Assembly (NCBI GenBank): GCA_951406725.2
Contig: OX597835.1
Coordinates: forward strand, 21,390,001-21,454,000
Direction of reading: 5' to 3'
Length of the DNA stretch: 64,000 bases
Source: Octopus vulgaris
Taxonomy: Eukaryota
Shown here piece after piece: positions 59,251-64,000 of this stretch; the stretch's first letter is position 1; each line of letters starts with the position of its first letter. The notes below the pieces were generated by a model. It was not told where the DNA came from and made no database searches. It saw only the letters and a list, made by a program, of their open reading frames with translations. The position numbers were made by a program, and so were the translations under genes.

Positions 59251-59639
59251 GGTTAACTACTGATTCTCAAATATTTCTATACACGAGTTCAAATATGAAC
59301 ACGCGTACACATAAGCATACAAACAGACGTATATATGATGTGCGTATGTCTGCGTTTATGTATATGGTAATATATATAAATATATGTATATATACACATA
59401 TATATCTATATGTCTATACGCACACATAACTTTAAACATATATGTATATGCCTGCAATCTTCAAGGATATTGACATAGATGTATGCGCATGTGTGTATAC
59501 GTGTATATATATGATTGGCGTATTACATATATATGCAAACGCATAGATATGTACGTACCGTTGTGCCATCTGGCGGGTGTTCGGTATCGAATTGCGGCGG
59601 CGACCAAAACTTTCCTTGTCGAAGCACATTTTCATTCAA

Positions 59640-59721
59640 AGAAGGAAAGGACAGAAAGAAAGAAAGAATGAAAGAAAGAAAGAAAGAATGAAAGAAAAAA
59701 GAAGGAAGGAAGGAAGAAATA

Positions 59722-59772
<51 letters not shown>

Positions 59773-59811
59773 GAAGGAGGGAAGAAAGGAAGGAAGGAAG
59801 GAAGGAAGGAA

Positions 59812-59868
<57 letters not shown>

Positions 59869-59870
59869 GA
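59640..59870. repeat. (GAAA)n/(GGAA)n polypurine microsatellite
   Basis: Seen directly. Confidence 0.95.
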
Positions 59871-60111
59871 TGAATGAAAGAAAAATGTAATTTATCGATA
59901 TCGGAGAATGAGGGCGAAATAAAATTTGACCCAATGTGAGAGTTTAGCGCAGAGGATCGGAACGAATATTGTACGCCATTGTATCCTAGGATATGAGACT
60001 ATAATAGTCTATGCAATTCACTACATCATATAGATAGATATCTGTATATAGTTTCTTGTTACACTCCGTCTTCCCTATCAATCACTTAATATATATGTGT
60101 GTGTGTTCTTG

Positions 60112-60184
<73 letters not shown>

Positions 60185-60240
60185 CATATATGTGTGTGTG
60201 TGTATTCATATACATAATATGTGTTCCTAACATATATATG

Positions 60241-60296
<56 letters not shown>

Positions 60297-60844
60297 CATA
60301 CATATATATATATACTAAATGATTGATACGGAAGACGGTGTGTAACAAGAAGCTTTATTTAGCACAACAATTCTTCCGGTTACCTTCCTCAGTGGATATA
60401 GAACAATGTAGTGACATCAGGTGCATCAAGCAGTGCAAAGGAGCCTCGTGTGTTGCTGGTACTTCGCAGACTATGGTGAAGCAAAGATAGTTGTGGTTTG
60501 TACACAGCAAGTGTTTGTTAAAAAAATACAATGACTATAATCTAAAGTGGGGAGTGGTTAATGACATTTGACTAAACAGCGTGTGGAAACCTTTGATGGC
60601 TGGTTGTGGCAGTCAAGCGGGATAGCGTGATCGACAATTAGGTGGAGGTGTGATTCCCGTCTTTAGATTTGACGGCAGATTAATTGCCCTATGGCTTGTG
60701 CCAATATCAGAACAGACACCGAGTCACACCTACGCTTGTACAGAGACATACAAGTGCACACACCCATACGCTCGCATTTATACGCAATCGTGCAATTCGC
60801 CGTAACTACATAGACGCGTCCATCTATTTATACATATACACTAT

Positions 60845-60877
<33 letters not shown>

Positions 60878-61165
60878 ACACATATACACATATATACGGG
60901 TACACATCATATCCTGTCGATTCACTCCTGCGCCTAATATCTTTCGTTTACATTCGATCCTTTTTCCAAGAAATCTAATACACGCAGCTTAGTTTTTCCT
61001 TGGGGCTGGCCGTTTCGGAGCAATATCAGGATTAATCAGCCGAAATTTGCATTGATGATCCGGTTCCTGACTGAAGATTAAAGGCTTCGAATGACCCGTC
61101 CGTTTTTTGTGTTCGTCTCTTTGTGTATTTCACGTTCTTGTCCCTTTTTATATATAATTTTTATA

Positions 61166-61245
<80 letters not shown>

Positions 61246-61250
<5 letters not shown>

Positions 61251-61422
61251 TTTATAGAAGGAGCTTCTACAGGACTAGAACTGTTTCATTCAAAAGAAGA
61301 TGATTTCATTTGAATGAAACAGTTCTAGTCCTGTAGAGCTCCTTCTATAAAATAAATTAATTTACTCTGCTATGTATTGAGTACCTTATTTACAGTGGTT
61401 AACCCCGACTCAACCCGGGACC

Positions 61423-61426
<4 letters not shown>
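61246..61426 (+). mobile_element. Second palindromic copy of the 9481-9693 hammerhead element
   Basis: Same terminus (ggttaaccccga.tcaacccggga.ctaca) next to (TA)n; the inversion breakpoint truncates the core (gatga-tttcatttgaat-GAA-acag..ctgt-A). Confidence 0.8.
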
Positions 61427-61482
<56 letters not shown>

Positions 61483-61678
61483 AATGTAAGTAGTAGATTG
61501 CAATATTTCGCCAAAAAGGAGAATTATGATTCTCACTAAATGTGACTAGGGTATTAAGAAACACCTACATTGCTAGAAATACGAGTTAAAATGCCCTAAT
61601 GCTTTAGTTAACGGACATGAATGAAAACATATATATTAACAGTGACCTGAATCGACCGAAAAATGACGATTGAGAATT

Positions 61679-61727
61679 CTTAATACTGACGTCAGTTTCG
61701 GCAATTTCCGTTGCCTCAGTTGTTAAG
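61679..61727 (-). ncRNA. Hammerhead fold with degenerate core
   Basis: cttaa-caactGA-ggcaa(cggaaa)ttgcc-GAA-actgacgtcagt (12-nt palindrome)-A-ttaag. Confidence 0.5.
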
Positions 61728-61827
61728 CCCGCTCGATCTCGGCTTTTTTCAGCATGCTTCTCTATTGGCATAGGTTTTCGTCATCCAAATTAATGGATGA
61801 TTTAACGATTCACTAATACGTATACGT

Positions 61828-61982
61828 GGAGGCGCAATAGCCCGGTGTTTAGGGCAGCGGACTCGCGGTCGGAGGATCGCGGTTTCGATTCCCAGACCTG
61901 ACGTTGTGTGTGTTTATTGATCGAAAACACCTAAAAGCTCCACGAGGCTCTGGCAGAGGGTGGTGGCAACCCCTGTTGTACT
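61828..61982 (+). mobile_element. SINE family A 5' part
   Basis: tRNA-like head match. Confidence 0.85.
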
Positions 61983-62181
61983 ACAGATCAATTCGTTGTC
62001 GGCGAAAGGTTTGCAGAGGAATGTCGGAATTCAGATGATTCTGAGATTCTTTTGTGTCTTGCCAAAGCTGTAATCACAGTAGCCGATAGCTGTCCATGTA
62101 TTCTTATGCTGACAAAATAACAGACAAGGGAAACAAGAAAATTTGTTTAGAATGGGACCTCCTATCAGCCAACTCATACTG

Positions 62182-62600
62182 TTTTACTCTCTTTTACTCT
62201 CTTTTACTTGTTTCAGTCATTTGACTGCGGCCATGCTGGAGCACCGCCTTTAGTCGAGCGACTCGACCCTGGGACTTATTCTTTTGTAAGCCCAGTACTT
62301 ATTCTATCGGTCTCTTTTGCCGAACCGCTAAGTAACGGGGACATAAACACACCAGCATCGGTTGTCAAGCAATGCTAGGGGTACAAACACAGACACACAA
62401 ACACACACACGCACATATATATATATACATATATACGACGGGCTTCTTTCAGTTTCCGTTTCCGTCTACCAAATCCACTCACAAGGCTTTGGTCGGCCCG
62501 AGGCTATAGTAGAAGACACTTGCCCAAGGTGCCACGCAGTGGGACTCAACCCGGAACCATGTGGTTGGTAAACAAGCTACTTACCACACAGCCACTCCTG
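62182..62600 (-). mobile_element. SINE family B
   Basis: Near full-length reverse-complement match. Confidence 0.92.
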
Positions 62601-62790
62601 GTAATAATTTGAATCAAAGTAACGATAACAGTCCTTGCTACCCACTGTAGTTTTGGTTTTCAATTCAAGCTTTGGTTTCTCTCTTCCAAGAAAAATCATC
62701 TCTTTTTTCTCTTCCAAGCTTCTTGCAAAAGGTTGTGAAAGTAGTAAGGAAACTGAGTTAACTGACTCTTTTGCCATTTTGTGGGTAAAT

Positions 62791-63024
62791 ATATTTCTTT
62801 ACTATCCACAAGGGGCTAAACATAGAGGGGACAAACAAGGACAGACAAAGGGATTAAGTCGATTACATCGAACCCAGTGCGAAACTGGTACTGTATTTAT
62901 CGACCCCGAAAGGATGGAAGGCAAAGTCTACCACGGCGGAATTTGAACTCAGAACGTAACGTCAGACGAAATACCGCTAAGCATTTCGCCCGGCGGCGCT
63001 AACGTTTCTGCCAGCTCGCCGCCT
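62791..63024 (-). mobile_element. SINE family C
   Basis: Full length; ggtaaata repeated on the flanks. Confidence 0.9.
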
Positions 63025-63333
63025 GGTAAATAAAAACTGGAATGTTAGTGAGTATTAATTTTGTTTTCGATGAATCAACAAAAATCTTGCAATGAATCTA
63101 ATAACAAAATTAGGCTCTTGTTTGCTTGTTTGTCTAAATTTCTTGAAAATAATTTTAAATATTTAGAATTAAATTTCAAAGCATTGGCATTAATAAATAG
63201 ATAATTAGATAAAAACGTTACCTTTTAACCACTCAAAATCAAATTCGCTGCTAGATCCTTTGCGCAGCTAATGAATTCTGGGAGGTGGTCAGATGATTAA
63301 CTTCCACGAGGTAGTGTTGTGACTTTTGACCCC

Positions 63334-63566
63334 TATTTCTTTACTACCCACAAGGAGCTAAACACAGAAGGGACAAACAAGAACAGACAAACGGATTAAG
63401 TCGATTATATCGACCCCAGTCGATAACTGGTGCTTATTTAATCGACCCCGAAAGGATGAAAGGCAAAGTCGACCTCGGCGGAATTTGAACTCAGAACGTA
63501 GCGGCAGACGAAATACCGCTGAACATTTCGCCCGTCGTGCTAACGATTCTGCCAAGCTCGCCGCCT
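63334..63566 (-). mobile_element. SINE family C with TSD
   Basis: cttttgaccccta on both flanks. Confidence 0.9.
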
Positions 63567-64000
63567 TTTGACCCCTAAATAGGGGTGACTTTTGACACCT
63601 AAATAGGCAGTTAAGAAAAGTTAAGAAAGTAAGCAGGAAAAAGAATTGCCTTACTCGCCGTTTTGACCTACATATTTTTTTCTCTCTCTCCATTCCCCAG
63701 AAAACAGCGGACAAGTTGTCTATCTTTTCAATTCCCCAAAGGCATGCAAGTGTATTTATTTTCTGTAGCGGTCCTACAATGTCATTTCTTTTAATAACGG
63801 TTGCTGACCAATCCAATTCATTCTATTTATACAACCGTTCACTTTTAGAGTCAGAAACAAATGTTTTTTTTTTTTCTGTGTGCTGTGTCTCTTCAGAGGT
63901 CATTAGTCATAATTCATTCATGCTACCACTACCCAGCGGGAAGTGAAAAAATAATTCTCGAGAAAATAAAGGAAAGTTAAAATTATCCATAATTTTACAT

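Overview
AT-rich, gene-free animal DNA, very probably intergenic or intronic octopus (coleoid cephalopod) sequence. This assignment is inferred from the extreme (TA)n/(CA)n/(GATA)n/(TAA)n load and the tRNA-derived SINEs. I found no credible host exon; nearly all ORF-track entries are microsatellite or SINE artefacts. Contents: three abundant SINE families (about 35 copies or fragments), decayed fragments of a Penelope-like RT, an R4/Dong LINE and an RTE LINE, a non-autonomous Helitron, a hAT MITE with an 8-bp TSD, and a foldback MITE. The most interesting signal lies in short non-repetitive islands between (TA)n tracts. About ten sequence families carry type-I minimal hammerhead-ribozyme folds, mostly with palindromic stem III, resembling those of Penelope-like retroelements. 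Several occur as long inverted duplications, and several have recurrent non-canonical cores (CCGANGA, CUGUAGA, and a C3-G8 to G3-C8 swap). Separate retroelements also appear restricted to (TA)n, (TAA)n or (GATA)n microsatellites. All folds were parsed by eye and none has been tested.
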